Positions 1-9,278 of a stretch of 63,283 bases of DNA are shown piece by piece. The DNA lies in the NCBI GenBank assembly GCA_002787155.1, contig PCVY01000022.1:29336-92618 (forward strand), written 5' to 3'. Below the pieces are notes generated by a model, which made no database searches, was not told where the DNA came from, and saw only the letters and a list, made by a program, of their open reading frames with translations. Position 1 is the first letter of the stretch, and every line of letters begins with the position of its first letter. The position numbers and the translations under genes were made by a program. This DNA is from Candidatus Abzuiibacterium crystallinum. GTDB taxonomy: Bacteria > Omnitrophota > Omnitrophia > Omnitrophales > Abzuiibacteriaceae.

Positions 1-1355
1 GCGGCTGTAATGGTGCCTCCGCCGCCGCTTCCGACATTCAGAATGTCCGAATGATGGCCTTTGATCATGTCATCAAAATCTTCCCACATAGGCAGTTCCC
101 AGCAGCGTTCGCCCGTCTGCTCTCCCGCTTTACGGATGCGATTAATCAAAACAGGATCGTTCCCTAATAAGCCGCTTGCTTTGTCGGCCAAAGCAACCAA
201 ACAAGCACCCGTCAGTGTCGCAAAATCAACGAGCGCTTGCGGCTTGTATGTTTCACAGGCATACAGAAGCGCATCGGCTAAAATTAGGCGGCCTTCGGCG
301 TCCGTATTAATGACTTCGGCTGACTTTCCGTTCCGGTAAGTAATGATGTCCCCGGGACGCTGAGCGCTCCCGCTTGGCATGTTCTCAACCAACGGGGCCA
401 CCGCCACAATATGGCGTTTGGGTTTGAGTTCGGCAATCGCGTGCATGATACCGGTCACGGCTGCCGCACCGCACATATCATATTTCATTTCTTCCATGGC
501 TTTTGACGGCTTAATCGAGATACCGCCCGTATCAAAACAAACGCCTTTGCCAACCAGTGCCAGCGTGCCTTTGCTTTTATACGGCGTGCCGTATTCCAGC
601 ACAACCATGTGCGGCCGTTCAACGGAACCTTGGCAAACGGCAAGGATACCCACCATCTTCATCCGTTTTAAATCCGGCTCTTTAAAGACGGTGATTTTTA
701 ATTTCTGTTTGGATGCCATCTTGCGAGCTTCTTCCGCAAATGCACGGGGCGTCATGACATTGGCCGGTTCATTCGCTAAATTGCGCGTAAACGTCACGGC
801 ACGGCTGATGATTTCGGTCCGCTCTAAAGCAAGCTCTGCTGTTTTGCGTTGATCTTTTTTACCGTAGATTAATTCAACGGTTTGAATTTCTTTTTTAGGC
901 TCATCTTTGGGTTTGGATTTATAGCGGTCAAAAACGTAATCGGCTAAACCAAGGGCATCGGAAACCGCCTCAAAAGCATCCTGCCACCTGACCGATCCGC
1001 CCACAAAAGAATCCATGAGGACGGCAACCTGTCCGGCTCTTTGGCATTTGGCTTGTGACAAGAAGCCTCCTGCCGTTCTTCTCAATTTTTCGGTGGAAAA
1101 TTGCTCCCGCTTCCCTAACCCAACAACCAAGAGGTCATCCGTACTTTTAAACTGAGAAGTGCCGTAGATAGGCAGTTTGGCGCCTGGTTTGCCGGTGAAC
1201 CTTTTTTTCTGAAGACTTTCCTGAAGGACATGATGCGCGGCAGAATCAAGCATGGATAATGACTTAGGGGCGCTTTTATCACCGTCGAAGAGACCGAGGA
1301 TGAAGAAGTTTGCGCGTGCCCTTTTTTGATCAATGAAACTGGCTTTAATTTCCAT
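1..1355 (-). CDS. pepA: Leucyl aminopeptidase (peptidase family M17), 3' end cut by the window edge
   Basis: The minus-strand frame is open from the left edge to ATG at 1353-1355. It is missing from the ORF track because its stop lies outside the window. My translation contains the M17 signatures VGKGVCFDTGGISIKP and NTDAEGRLILADAL. AAGGAG lies 5 nt upstream of the ATG. Confidence 0.9.
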   Translation of the reverse strand, partial: MEIKASFIDQKRARANFFILGLFDGDKSAPKSLSMLDSAAHHVLQESLQKKRFTGKPGAKLPIYGTSQFKSTDDLLVVGLGKREQFSTEKLRRTAGGFLSQAKCQRAGQVAVLMDSFVGGSVRWQDAFEAVSDALGLADYVFDRYKSKPKDEPKKEIQTVELIYGKKDQRKTAELALERTEIISRAVTFTRNLANEPANVMTPRAFAEEARKMASKQKLKITVFKEPDLKRMKMVGILAVCQGSVERPHMVVLEYGTPYKSKGTLALVGKGVCFDTGGISIKPSKAMEEMKYDMCGAAAVTGIMHAIAELKPKRHIVAVAPLVENMPSGSAQRPGDIITYRNGKSAEVINTDAEGRLILADALLYACETYKPQALVDFATLTGACLVALADKASGLLGNDPVLINRIRKAGEQTGERCWELPMWEDFDDMIKGHHSDILNVGSGGGGTITA

Positions 1356-1443
1356 CTTTGTCTCCTTGTCCCCTATGAGGTATGATGATGTACAGCTTTT
1401 AACGGAATGACCGAATTATAACATGAACTTGCTTCCAGAATAA

Positions 1444-3042
1444 ATGGCTACTTTAAATCAAATTGCCGATCAAGAGTGGGAAGTTTTGGTCATCGGGGGC
1501 GGCATCTTTGGCGCTGCTGTCGCACGCGATGCTGTCATGCGCGGATTCAAAACTGCCCTGGTTGAACGGAATGATTTTGCCGGTGAAACATCCGGCCGGT
1601 CGACCAAACTTGTTCACGGCGGCATCCGCTACCTGGAACATTTAGAGCTGGGCCTTGTCCGCGAATGTTTGGCCGAGAGAACCATTTTATTGACCATGGC
1701 ACGCCATTTGGTCAAACCGCTGCCGTTCTTGTTTCCCGTTTTCAAAGGCGACCGCTTTCCTTTGCCTCTCATTAAATTAGGAACAGCCCTTTATGGGACG
1801 CTGGCAGGCCGTAATACTTTAAAAACGCAGGAAAGTTTTTCGGCGCTTGCTGTCAAAGATTATTACCCTTTTTTGGCCAATGCTCCCATTCAAGGTGCCG
1901 TCAAATATTACGACGCTCAAATGGATGATATCCGCCTTTGTCTTGAAACCGTTCTGACGGCACAGATGGAAGGCGCGCAGGCTGCCAATCACACGGAGGT
2001 TATTAAAATTGGAATCCGCAGCGACGGCAAATATGATGTGGTTTTAAAAGACACACTTTCCGGCGCACGGGGCAAAACAAGGGCTCAAGTGCTGGTCAAT
2101 GCCGCCGGTCCTTGGGCAGATAAATTGCGCTCAAAACTTGAGCCGCAGCATAAGCCGATGCTTTTGTTGAGCAAAGGCATTCATTTGATCGTCAATAAAA
2201 AATTCAGCGGGGATGCGGTTGTTTTGTCTTCCAGTGACAAAAGGATCATTTTTATCATTCCGTGGCGGGAAGGTTCCATCATCGGGACCACGGACACACC
2301 TTTCGCCGGTGAATTAGAAGAAGTGCGAGCGAGCGAAAATGACATTGAATTTCTCCGAAATGAAGTGGAACGAATCACATGCGGAATACGTATTGAAAAC
2401 AAAGACATTATCACGACATTTGCGGGCCTAAGACCGCTTGCTGCGCTCAACAGCGGCAACACGGCCAAAGCCAGCCGCAAGCATCACATTTATGAATCCC
2501 CGCCACGCTTTTTTTCAATCGTAGGCGGTAAATACACCACTCACCGGCTGATTGCCGAGCAAGTTTGTAATAAAATTGAACATGCCCTGGGACGCGGGCA
2601 CGTGAGAAGCAGAACAGCCCAGACACCGCTTTTAGGAAGTTTTGATTTGCAGAGTGACCCGCCCCGTTTCTATATTCCTGCTCAGCGTTCCGAGATGCAA
2701 TTATCTTCACTGAAGAATTTGCTTTGCACTTACGGCGGCCAAATCAAAAAAGTCCTTCAAATTGCGAATCGCAGCAGTGTCCTCCAAAGACCTTTGAGCC
2801 CCCAACATCCTTTAATCGGGGCACAAGTCATTTACGCCATTGAACACGAAATGGCGCGAACGCTGATGGATGTCTGCGTGCGGCGGCTGCGGTTAGATCA
2901 AATGCCGGGATGCGGGCTTGACACCGTCGGCCAAGCAGCTGATTTAATGGCCGCCAGACTCAACTGGTCGTGGCTGCAAAAAGAAAAGGAAATTCTGGAA
3001 TACCAATCTTGGGTCAGGCAGCAAACCGAATTTTTGTTTTAG
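1444..3042 (+). CDS. glpD: FAD-dependent (aerobic-type) glycerol-3-phosphate dehydrogenase
   Basis: 532-aa track ORF. The N-terminal FAD fold VLVIGGGIFGAAVARDA and the block GRSTKLVHGGIRYLEH match the GlpD N-terminus. Divergent from pepA across an 88-bp spacer. Confidence 0.85.
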   Translation: MATLNQIADQEWEVLVIGGGIFGAAVARDAVMRGFKTALVERNDFAGETSGRSTKLVHGGIRYLEHLELGLVRECLAERTILLTMARHLVKPLPFLFPVFKGDRFPLPLIKLGTALYGTLAGRNTLKTQESFSALAVKDYYPFLANAPIQGAVKYYDAQMDDIRLCLETVLTAQMEGAQAANHTEVIKIGIRSDGKYDVVLKDTLSGARGKTRAQVLVNAAGPWADKLRSKLEPQHKPMLLLSKGIHLIVNKKFSGDAVVLSSSDKRIIFIIPWREGSIIGTTDTPFAGELEEVRASENDIEFLRNEVERITCGIRIENKDIITTFAGLRPLAALNSGNTAKASRKHHIYESPPRFFSIVGGKYTTHRLIAEQVCNKIEHALGRGHVRSRTAQTPLLGSFDLQSDPPRFYIPAQRSEMQLSSLKNLLCTYGGQIKKVLQIANRSSVLQRPLSPQHPLIGAQVIYAIEHEMARTLMDVCVRRLRLDQMPGCGLDTVGQAADLMAARLNWSWLQKEKEILEYQSWVRQQTEFLF

Positions 3043-3755
3043 CGGTTGGACGGCTGTTTCAAAGAAGGGTTGTCGATAAATTCAAGGATTGTCGATAAAT
3101 CTTCAAGTGTTTCAAGAACCAAATCCGGATTCAATACTTTTAACTCGTCCACGCCGAGCGATCCGGTTGCCACTGCTGCGGTTCTTAAGCCCAATGCCTT
3201 CCCGCATTCAATGTCCTGCCGTGCATCTCCAATCAAAACTACTTCCCCGGCACGAACACCCTGCGGGGCACAAGCAAGACCGCGCTCTAAAGCCAAGCGT
3301 GTTAAAGCCAGCCGTTCGTAAGCGTCGCTTCCGAATCCCCCAAAGCGGAAAAAATGAGACAGCCCTGCCCGCCTTAACTTTTGCTGCGCGGTCAACTCGA
3401 AATTACCCGTTGCCAAACCAAGTAAATCCTGCCGTCCGTGAAGCGTTTGCAATAATTGAAAAGCCCCCGGCATTAATCTAAAACGTTCCGCCCGGTCAAT
3501 ACCGGATGCAAAAAGCTCGGTATAGCGCTCACTCAAACGGCGCATTTCTTCGGGTGTGGTTTGGCGGCCAAGCGCACGCCGGCTGAGATCCTGAATGATT
3601 TCCTGATCTGTTTTGCCATGCGGGTCGTAATGATCCCACACTTCCGGGACATGAAACAATTCGTTAAACGCTTGATTGAATGCGTCAACACCAACACCGC
3701 CTGCCAGTAAAAGCGTGCCGTCTATGTCAAAAATAATCATCTTCATATCAAACAA
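3039..3755 (-). CDS. HAD-superfamily hydrolase (phosphoglycolate-phosphatase-like, subfamily IA)
   Basis: N-terminal DxDGT motif (IFDIDGTLL), mid-protein GLATGN, C-terminal LIGDARQDIECG. Its 3' end overlaps the glpD stop by 4 nt (convergent). Confidence 0.75.
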   Translation of the reverse strand: MFDMKMIIFDIDGTLLLAGGVGVDAFNQAFNELFHVPEVWDHYDPHGKTDQEIIQDLSRRALGRQTTPEEMRRLSERYTELFASGIDRAERFRLMPGAFQLLQTLHGRQDLLGLATGNFELTAQQKLRRAGLSHFFRFGGFGSDAYERLALTRLALERGLACAPQGVRAGEVVLIGDARQDIECGKALGLRTAAVATGSLGVDELKVLNPDLVLETLEDLSTILEFIDNPSLKQPSNR

Positions 3756-4929
3756 AACTCACGTGATTGTGAGGCATTGGCCCTGTTAAGGGCAATGCGT
3801 AACGTTTAAAAGCGTCTGTGACGTCATTGCCGGCACGGTTGATAAAATTGGCAGGAAGCGCTTTTTCATGACCGGCAACTTGCTCGAGGCTTACCATGTC
3901 ATATTGAATGCGGTAAGGTTTGTTTGAAAACCGCTTCATGGCTACCATGACACCGCTTTCGCTGCGGCGCATCAACCGAACGGCATGCACGCCGCATCCA
4001 AAGGCTTCTTTTTGATCTACTTTTGAAATGTAAGCCATTGCCATCCGTTGAATGGTGCCCGGCTTGTCAAAACGTGCACGTACCCCCATTTTACTTTCGA
4101 GAAAATGGCATAAATATTGGGCTGTCCCTTCGACATAGGCATGACCAAATTGATCTTTGGCCACGACCGATGCCGGTGAGCCGATGCGCTTGCCATGGTG
4201 ATCACGGATGGTTTCGGAAATGACAATCACCGCAAAACCAAAACGCTTATATACCCGTTTGACGTCTTGCAAGAATTTTGACAAATGAAAAGGCCTTTCG
4301 GGAAAATAGAGCAAATGGGGACCATCTTCATATTTTTTCCGTCCCAAAGCCGCTGATGCCGTAATCCAGCCGGAATCGCGCCCCATGGTTTCGATGATTT
4401 TGACCGGATCGGAATATCGAATGGCGCGCGTATCCAGTGCTGCTTCTTGAACGGTTTGTGCAAAAAAACGGGCAACACTGCCGTAACCCGGCGCATGATC
4501 CATGCCCGGCAAATCATTGTCAATGGTTTTGGGAATACCGATCACTTGAAGTTTTTCTCTTTTCACGCGGGCCTGACGGGCAAGTTTTAAACCGGTTTGG
4601 GCCGAATCATTACCGCCAATAATAAAAATAGTCTCAACCCCCCGGCGCTTTAATGTGCTGATCGCTTGGCTGCATTCACGTTGGTTTAATTGGTGCCGGC
4701 ACGATCCCAATGCCGATGAAGGCGTTTCCCCAAGCGCAGTTAATGTCCTGGGCGGGCATTCCAATAAATTTATCCAATTGGGTTTGAGAATACCCAAAAT
4801 ACCAAAACGCGAACCGTAGAGATGTGAAAGCGTTTTTGACCGCTTTGCTTCATAAATGACACCGGCCAAGCTTTGATTGATGACCGCTGTCGACCCGCCT
4901 GATTGAAGAATAATGGCTTTCTTTTTCAT
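3748..4929 (-). CDS. 6-phosphofructokinase family protein (ATP- or PPi-dependent; cannot tell which)
   Basis: PfkA-family blocks SGGSTAVINQ, FIIGGNDSAQT, IPKTIDNDL and ETMGRDSGW. The track start at 5118 would overlap the upstream gene by 185 nt. ATG at 4927-4929 (MKKKAIILQSGG) lies 4 nt after that gene's stop and is the likely start. Confidence 0.85.
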   Translation of the reverse strand: MKKKAIILQSGGSTAVINQSLAGVIYEAKRSKTLSHLYGSRFGILGILKPNWINLLECPPRTLTALGETPSSALGSCRHQLNQRECSQAISTLKRRGVETIFIIGGNDSAQTGLKLARQARVKREKLQVIGIPKTIDNDLPGMDHAPGYGSVARFFAQTVQEAALDTRAIRYSDPVKIIETMGRDSGWITASAALGRKKYEDGPHLLYFPERPFHLSKFLQDVKRVYKRFGFAVIVISETIRDHHGKRIGSPASVVAKDQFGHAYVEGTAQYLCHFLESKMGVRARFDKPGTIQRMAMAYISKVDQKEAFGCGVHAVRLMRRSESGVMVAMKRFSNKPYRIQYDMVSLEQVAGHEKALPANFINRAGNDVTDAFKRYALPLTGPMPHNHVSFV

Positions 4930-4933
4930 GGAT

Positions 4934-5719
4934 TTAAGACGAACTGCCGGCTGACTGCACCATAAAACGGATAGGTTTATCAAAGAAATCTGCCCCGAGT
5001 AACTCGTATAAATCGTTATGACGCCCTTCGGGTACGGACACCAACTCTTTTGGCTGCGGCGCTTCCCGAAACAAGGTTTCTCCCATGCGGTAAGGGCAAA
5101 TGCCGTCTTGGATGCCATGCAGGATGATCACCGGTGTGTGAATTTGTCTCAAACGCTCAAGATTATTGAACTGGAATTGTCGGAGCAAGAAACTGGGAAC
5201 AAACGGATAATGAATTTTTGCCACATCGGCGAGAGACGTAAAAGGCGACTCGAGGATTAAGGCTTTGAAATTTCTTTTGACAGCCAAGTAAAGAGCGGGC
5301 GCTGAACCGATTGACTCGCCATAAATAATCAAATCGGAAAGTGCGGTTTTCTTCTCATTTCTGAGCCACGCCAGTCCCGCTTCAGCATCCTGGTAAATAT
5401 CATTTTCACTGGTGATACTTCCCTTGCTTTGACCGTAACTGCGGTAATCCAGCAAAAAAACCGAATAACCGCGTTTGACCCAGCCTTCCGTTTTGTAAAG
5501 ACGATCGCTGATGTTACCGGCATTGCCGTGGAGAAAATAAATCGTTGCCCGGGACTCGGCAGCCGGCATAAACCAGCCGTATAATTGGGTACCATCGGCT
5601 GCTTGACACCTGACTTCTTCATAAGCAAGGCGATAAGCCGAAGGCAGCTGTGTATAGTCACGGGCTGGAAAGAAAATAAGCGATGCAATCATAACTTGAA
5701 TCAGTGTCAAAATCTTCAT
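4934..5719 (-). CDS. Alpha/beta-fold hydrolase with N-terminal signal/anchor
   Basis: Hydrophobic N-terminus (MKILTLIQVMIASLIFF), HGNAGN oxyanion region, nucleophile elbow GESIGS, C-terminal ILHGIQDGICP and GRHND (Asp/His of the triad). Confidence 0.75.
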   Translation of the reverse strand: MKILTLIQVMIASLIFFPARDYTQLPSAYRLAYEEVRCQAADGTQLYGWFMPAAESRATIYFLHGNAGNISDRLYKTEGWVKRGYSVFLLDYRSYGQSKGSITSENDIYQDAEAGLAWLRNEKKTALSDLIIYGESIGSAPALYLAVKRNFKALILESPFTSLADVAKIHYPFVPSFLLRQFQFNNLERLRQIHTPVIILHGIQDGICPYRMGETLFREAPQPKELVSVPEGRHNDLYELLGADFFDKPIRFMVQSAGSSS

Positions 5720-5804
5720 ATTGAAAGGAATTAAGCGTGAAGATTATCTCATAAAAGGCGGAGAATAGCAAAATGGCGGGTCATATCCGTTAAGGTGGAC
5801 CCTA

Positions 5805-5840
5805 TAAAAAGAAATCCCGCCCGTTTGATACGGGCGGGAT
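5805..5840 (-). terminator. Rho-independent terminator
   Basis: Perfect 11-bp GC-rich stem ATCCCGCCCGT (5814-5824) / ACGGGCGGGAT (5830-5840) with a 5-nt loop. On the minus strand it is followed by TTCTTTTT. Confidence 0.6.
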
Positions 5841-5865
5841 CTCGAATACTGTGCTTTCTGGTTTT

Positions 5866-6003
5866 TTATGTGATACGTCTTAGAACCAGAAAACCTGTAC
5901 CGATCACGAACAGAGGCATATATGTGATCAGCGAGGTACCGTAGTGTAATCCAACGATCACACCTACGAGCAACCCTAAAATCACCTTTTCGTCGATCTT
6001 CAT
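5866..6003 (-). CDS. Small (45 aa) two-helix membrane protein, hypothetical
   Basis: Hand-translated: MKIDEKVILGLLVGVIVGLHYGTSLITYMPLFVIGTGFLVLRRIT. The ATG is preceded by AAGGGGGTGA, and the stop is followed by the terminator at 5805-5840. It is below the size cutoff of the ORF track. Confidence 0.5.
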   Translation of the reverse strand: MKIDEKVILGLLVGVIVGLHYGTSLITYMPLFVIGTGFLVLRRIT

Positions 6004-6310
6004 TGCCTTCACCCCCTTTAGAACCGCGGCTTCGTAACGAGCACTCCCGACAGCTCACCCGAGCCCCAATCCTAAATAAAGCAGAACAAAAGACACACTT
6101 TGCCTTTCATCCTACTATAAATGATAATGACAATTTGACGGAAATCAAGGTATGGCAATTATTTACAGCTTATATTCGGACTTACTAATTATCCAAAATA
6201 AGGTGCTTCCCGGATTGCAATCCTGATAAAGAACAGATAAAATACCACCTTATCGAAAACAGCCTAAAATACCTTAAACAGCTTTACACGTTATATATTG
6301 ATCGGCCATC

Positions 6311-7141
6311 ATGGCTCAAAAGTTACAAACAAAAAATTTGCAGGGTATCTGGTTCTGGCTAAAGTGGATTACCATCGCTATAGCAGGTTTTACCGCTTCC
6401 ATTGCTTTTTGGAACTGGCTTCTCCTTAAACGATTAGGCGCAGATGTCACAGAGCCGCGAGTTACAATCTGTTGGTTTATTGCTGTTTTTGGCAGTTGGT
6501 TTTTGATTTTAACCGTCCTCATGAAAAAGAAAGAAAAAGTCATGGGGCACATGGATAAACAAGATGAGGCGACGGTTTCTTGGTGGCTGATTTGGATTGG
6601 CCTCACAATTGGCACCTTTTTTCTATCGGTTTGGTTTTGGACACCTTTTATTGCCGAGCATTTTGGCTCGATCAAAGAATCTCCTAATTCGATTATTTGG
6701 GTAATCGCCGTATTCGGGACTTGGCTGATTGCTTTAACACCTCTGATGATTTTTATGTATCAAAAGGTGGATTACGCTTATGAGCGTGCCCGTGCGATGC
6801 GTCAGCAAAAAGCAGACCTCCCGCGCCTTGATGATCCCGTGAAGATCCGCTCCATCTTGGTAGACGAGAAAAAAAGACGCATTCCGGAGGTTTTGACCGA
6901 GCAGCTTAAAAAAGTACCGCCGACGATTAAGGGCGGTCATTTGGTCACTGCTATTTTGAAAGACGGGCGTCGAATTGAAAATGTGTTTATTGCCAAACGA
7001 AAAGAGATTTTAGGATTGTATGATGCTCAGGAACTTTTATTTGACCCTCAAGACATTGTCAGCATGATCCCTGCCAATTTGGACCATCCGCCTGATTTTA
7101 CCGAGAAAGTTTGGCTTCGTTTGGACGGCAATTCTGCTTAA
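6311..7141 (+). CDS. Hypothetical membrane protein with an internally duplicated two-helix unit and a soluble C-terminal domain
   Basis: 276-aa track ORF with an ATG start. Residues ~12-75 and ~88-150 are clear repeats of each other (W[FW]WL.WI...FW...I.W.IAVFG[ST]W[FL]..LT.LM). No family recognised. Confidence 0.7.
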   Translation: MAQKLQTKNLQGIWFWLKWITIAIAGFTASIAFWNWLLLKRLGADVTEPRVTICWFIAVFGSWFLILTVLMKKKEKVMGHMDKQDEATVSWWLIWIGLTIGTFFLSVWFWTPFIAEHFGSIKESPNSIIWVIAVFGTWLIALTPLMIFMYQKVDYAYERARAMRQQKADLPRLDDPVKIRSILVDEKKRRIPEVLTEQLKKVPPTIKGGHLVTAILKDGRRIENVFIAKRKEILGLYDAQELLFDPQDIVSMIPANLDHPPDFTEKVWLRLDGNSA

Positions 7142-7164
7142 TTTGTAGTGAACTGTGGCAACTG

Positions 7165-7569
7165 TTAATGCGTGGGGTCAGACCCTCCCGGGTCTGACCC
7201 CTTTAATGTTGACAAGAGATCTTGTTCTGTTTTTTGATTACAAGCACTTCGAATGGTGAGTTCGGGCGCTCGTTTGATGCCTGCCGTGTAACTGTACATC
7301 GGAATCGTATCCCACGGACAGTGTTTTGCACACAACGCACAACCAATGCAGCGTTCAATATCCACTTCCACGACTTGCTGGAATTGGGCATGCTCGACAC
7401 CGGGAACAATTTCGATGCAATCAACCGGGCAAAAAACAATACACGCCTCACAACCCGTACAGCCATGCTGATCGATGACTGCCAGCTTAAGAGGTTCTTT
7501 TTTACGCTCAGGTTTCTTTGCAATTAATTCCGGGCGCGGGCCCTTACGAGCAGTGTTTTCGGTTGTCAT
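7165..7569 (-). CDS. 2x[4Fe-4S] ferredoxin-type protein
   Basis: Two CxxCxxCxxxCP motifs (CTGCEACIVFCP, CIGCALCAKHCP). The last ~12 codons (GSDPGGSDPTH) are simply the translation of the 28-nt palindrome, so the true C-terminus is uncertain. It lies 23 nt downstream of ccsA on the same strand. Confidence 0.8.
   Translation of the reverse strand: MTTENTARKGPRPELIAKKPERKKEPLKLAVIDQHGCTGCEACIVFCPVDCIEIVPGVEHAQFQQVVEVDIERCIGCALCAKHCPWDTIPMYSYTAGIKRAPELTIRSACNQKTEQDLLSTLKGSDPGGSDPTH
7174..7201. repeat. 28-nt GC-rich perfect palindrome (REP-like), copy 1 of 2
   Basis: GGGGTCAGACCC-TCCC-GGGTCTGACCCC, a 12-bp stem with a 4-nt loop. An identical 28-mer in the opposite orientation lies at 50426-50453. 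Copy 1 sits between convergent genes and is followed on the plus strand by TTTAATGTT. Confidence 0.85.
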
Positions 7570-7592
7570 AACAAAATAATTGTATCATAAGG

Positions 7593-9278
7593 TCAGGTAT
7601 TCTTAAAACGCCACGCAAAATAATTAATCACCAAGACATCAATGGCAATCACAATGGAAACATAAGGAAAACCGCCGCCGCCGAAACCATAACTATGCAA
7701 TCCGGCTGCTAAAACAAAGTTAACGCCATACCAGGCCATGATGACTGTTAAGAAACAAAGCGCCGAATAAAAAGCCACGCCAAACGTATCTAGCCAACCG
7801 GCTGAACGTGCATGTAAAACAGCCAAGTAAGCTAAAATGGCAATCAATGCCCAAGTTTCTTTGGGATCCCATCCCCAAAACCTACCCCACGACTCGGCTG
7901 CCCACACCCCGCCTAAAATGGTACCGGCCGAGAGAAAAATAATGCCGATCTGGAGCGTCCTAAAAAGAAATTCTGTCAATGGCTCGGCGGATTTCTTTTG
8001 CTTTTTACCAAAAGACATTTGATACATCAAAGCGTGCGCAATGCCCCAGTTTAATAAAAAAGCACCGTATCCCAGCGTAATCGTCAACACATGAATGGTG
8101 AGCCAATAATTGCTTCGCAAAACGGGGACCAAGGGTTTAATTGAAGGATCAAGTACGGCAGGCAAACTTTCACCGATCAGAAGCGTGAGCGCCGCCACCA
8201 TACTCGCAATGGCCGGTATCGCGGGTGATCGATAAACTAACCATAAGATACCTGCAAATAAAACAACGCCCCACGCCACCCAAATAACTGATTCATACAT
8301 GTTACTGACGGGCGGCCTCCCGGCGATCATCACACGCAAAGCAAAACCATAAGTATGCAGCAAGAAACCCGTGACAAAAAAAGTAAATGCAGCGGAAGCC
8401 CATTTTTTCTTTTCTCGCGGGCCGAAGAAAAAAGCCAATGCGCCTAAGAAATAGAACAGGGAAGCCAACCGAAAAGGTTTGAGTTGGAGATACTGAAGTT
8501 CCAAGTTAATCTTAGACTGATCAAGCACGATATCTCTGGAAGCCAGTAAAGATTTTAATTCCTTCGCAAATGCCTCGGTTGATGAAAGCGCCAAAGCCAT
8601 ATTCCCTTCACGAAGACGCCCCAGCATATAAAAGAAAGCGTTCTTCGCCGAATCGAAATAATCGACGGGATAAAGGTTTCCGATAAATGATTGAGCGTTG
8701 TCCATCCCAAAAATTTCAAGCGGCAGCCATCCCAACGTCGGATCGTCCGGATGCGGCATAAACCCCGGAAACTGGCCGTGACTGATCGCTTGGAAGAGGC
8801 GTGCGCGGTGATATAAACTTAATTTCTCTTGTTCAAGTTTCGTGAGCTTTTCTTCTCTATTATTTTTTTCCTGAATGGAACGGACTTCTTTGCCAAAATC
8901 AAGATCGGCTAACACCAAACCGGGCGCCAGGCGATGCTTGACTAAATCGGATGAAAACCGCTCTTGGAGCACCGGATATGAAATTTTCAGCAACGGTGTG
9001 TTGGACCACTCATCCGGATTGGCAATCCATAACCAAACCAACAAACTCGGCGGCAGGTGTTCATAAGATGACTTGCCTGTCACTTGCAAGACATTCTCGC
9101 GTGCAAAACTCTCGAAGGGTTTGATGCGTCCGCTGTCCTGAACCGGTATTTTGTCAAGAATTACGGAAACAGATCGAGCGTCATCGGCAGCCGCAAAAGG
9201 AATGTGGAGAGTAGCTGCAGCGAACCAACACCCCGCAAGTAAAATAAGGATTGACGGTTTCCAAAACATTTTCTTCAT
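7593..9278 (-). CDS. ccsA: Cytochrome c biogenesis protein CcsA/ResC (System II haem-handling subunit) with a long N-terminal periplasmic extension
   Basis: Tryptophan-rich WWD-type motif WGRFWGWDPKETWALI and many TM helices in the C-terminal half. The ATG overlaps the resB stop by 1 nt. Confidence 0.85.
   Translation of the reverse strand: MKKMFWKPSILILLAGCWFAAATLHIPFAAADDARSVSVILDKIPVQDSGRIKPFESFARENVLQVTGKSSYEHLPPSLLVWLWIANPDEWSNTPLLKISYPVLQERFSSDLVKHRLAPGLVLADLDFGKEVRSIQEKNNREEKLTKLEQEKLSLYHRARLFQAISHGQFPGFMPHPDDPTLGWLPLEIFGMDNAQSFIGNLYPVDYFDSAKNAFFYMLGRLREGNMALALSSTEAFAKELKSLLASRDIVLDQSKINLELQYLQLKPFRLASLFYFLGALAFFFGPREKKKWASAAFTFFVTGFLLHTYGFALRVMIAGRPPVSNMYESVIWVAWGVVLFAGILWLVYRSPAIPAIASMVAALTLLIGESLPAVLDPSIKPLVPVLRSNYWLTIHVLTITLGYGAFLLNWGIAHALMYQMSFGKKQKKSAEPLTEFLFRTLQIGIIFLSAGTILGGVWAAESWGRFWGWDPKETWALIAILAYLAVLHARSAGWLDTFGVAFYSALCFLTVIMAWYGVNFVLAAGLHSYGFGGGGFPYVSIVIAIDVLVINYFAWRFKNT

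Noticed and set aside
61-852. Plus-strand track ORFs 61..339 and 379..852
   Set aside because: They lie antisense to the clearly recognisable pepA reading frame (NTDAEGRL, VGKGVCFDTGG motifs on the minus strand). Their translations are low-complexity Ser/Ala/Arg-rich mirror products.
4930-5118. N-terminal 63-codon extension of the phosphofructokinase ORF
   Set aside because: It would overlap the upstream hydrolase gene by 185 nt and its sequence is not PFK-like. The conserved N-terminus MKKKAIILQSGG starts at 4929.
5744-6058. 104-aa minus-strand ORF
   Set aside because: It has Arg/Gly/Ser-rich composition, no SD, and runs through a strong terminator hairpin. A 45-codon ORF in another frame, with a strong SD and that terminator, explains the region better.
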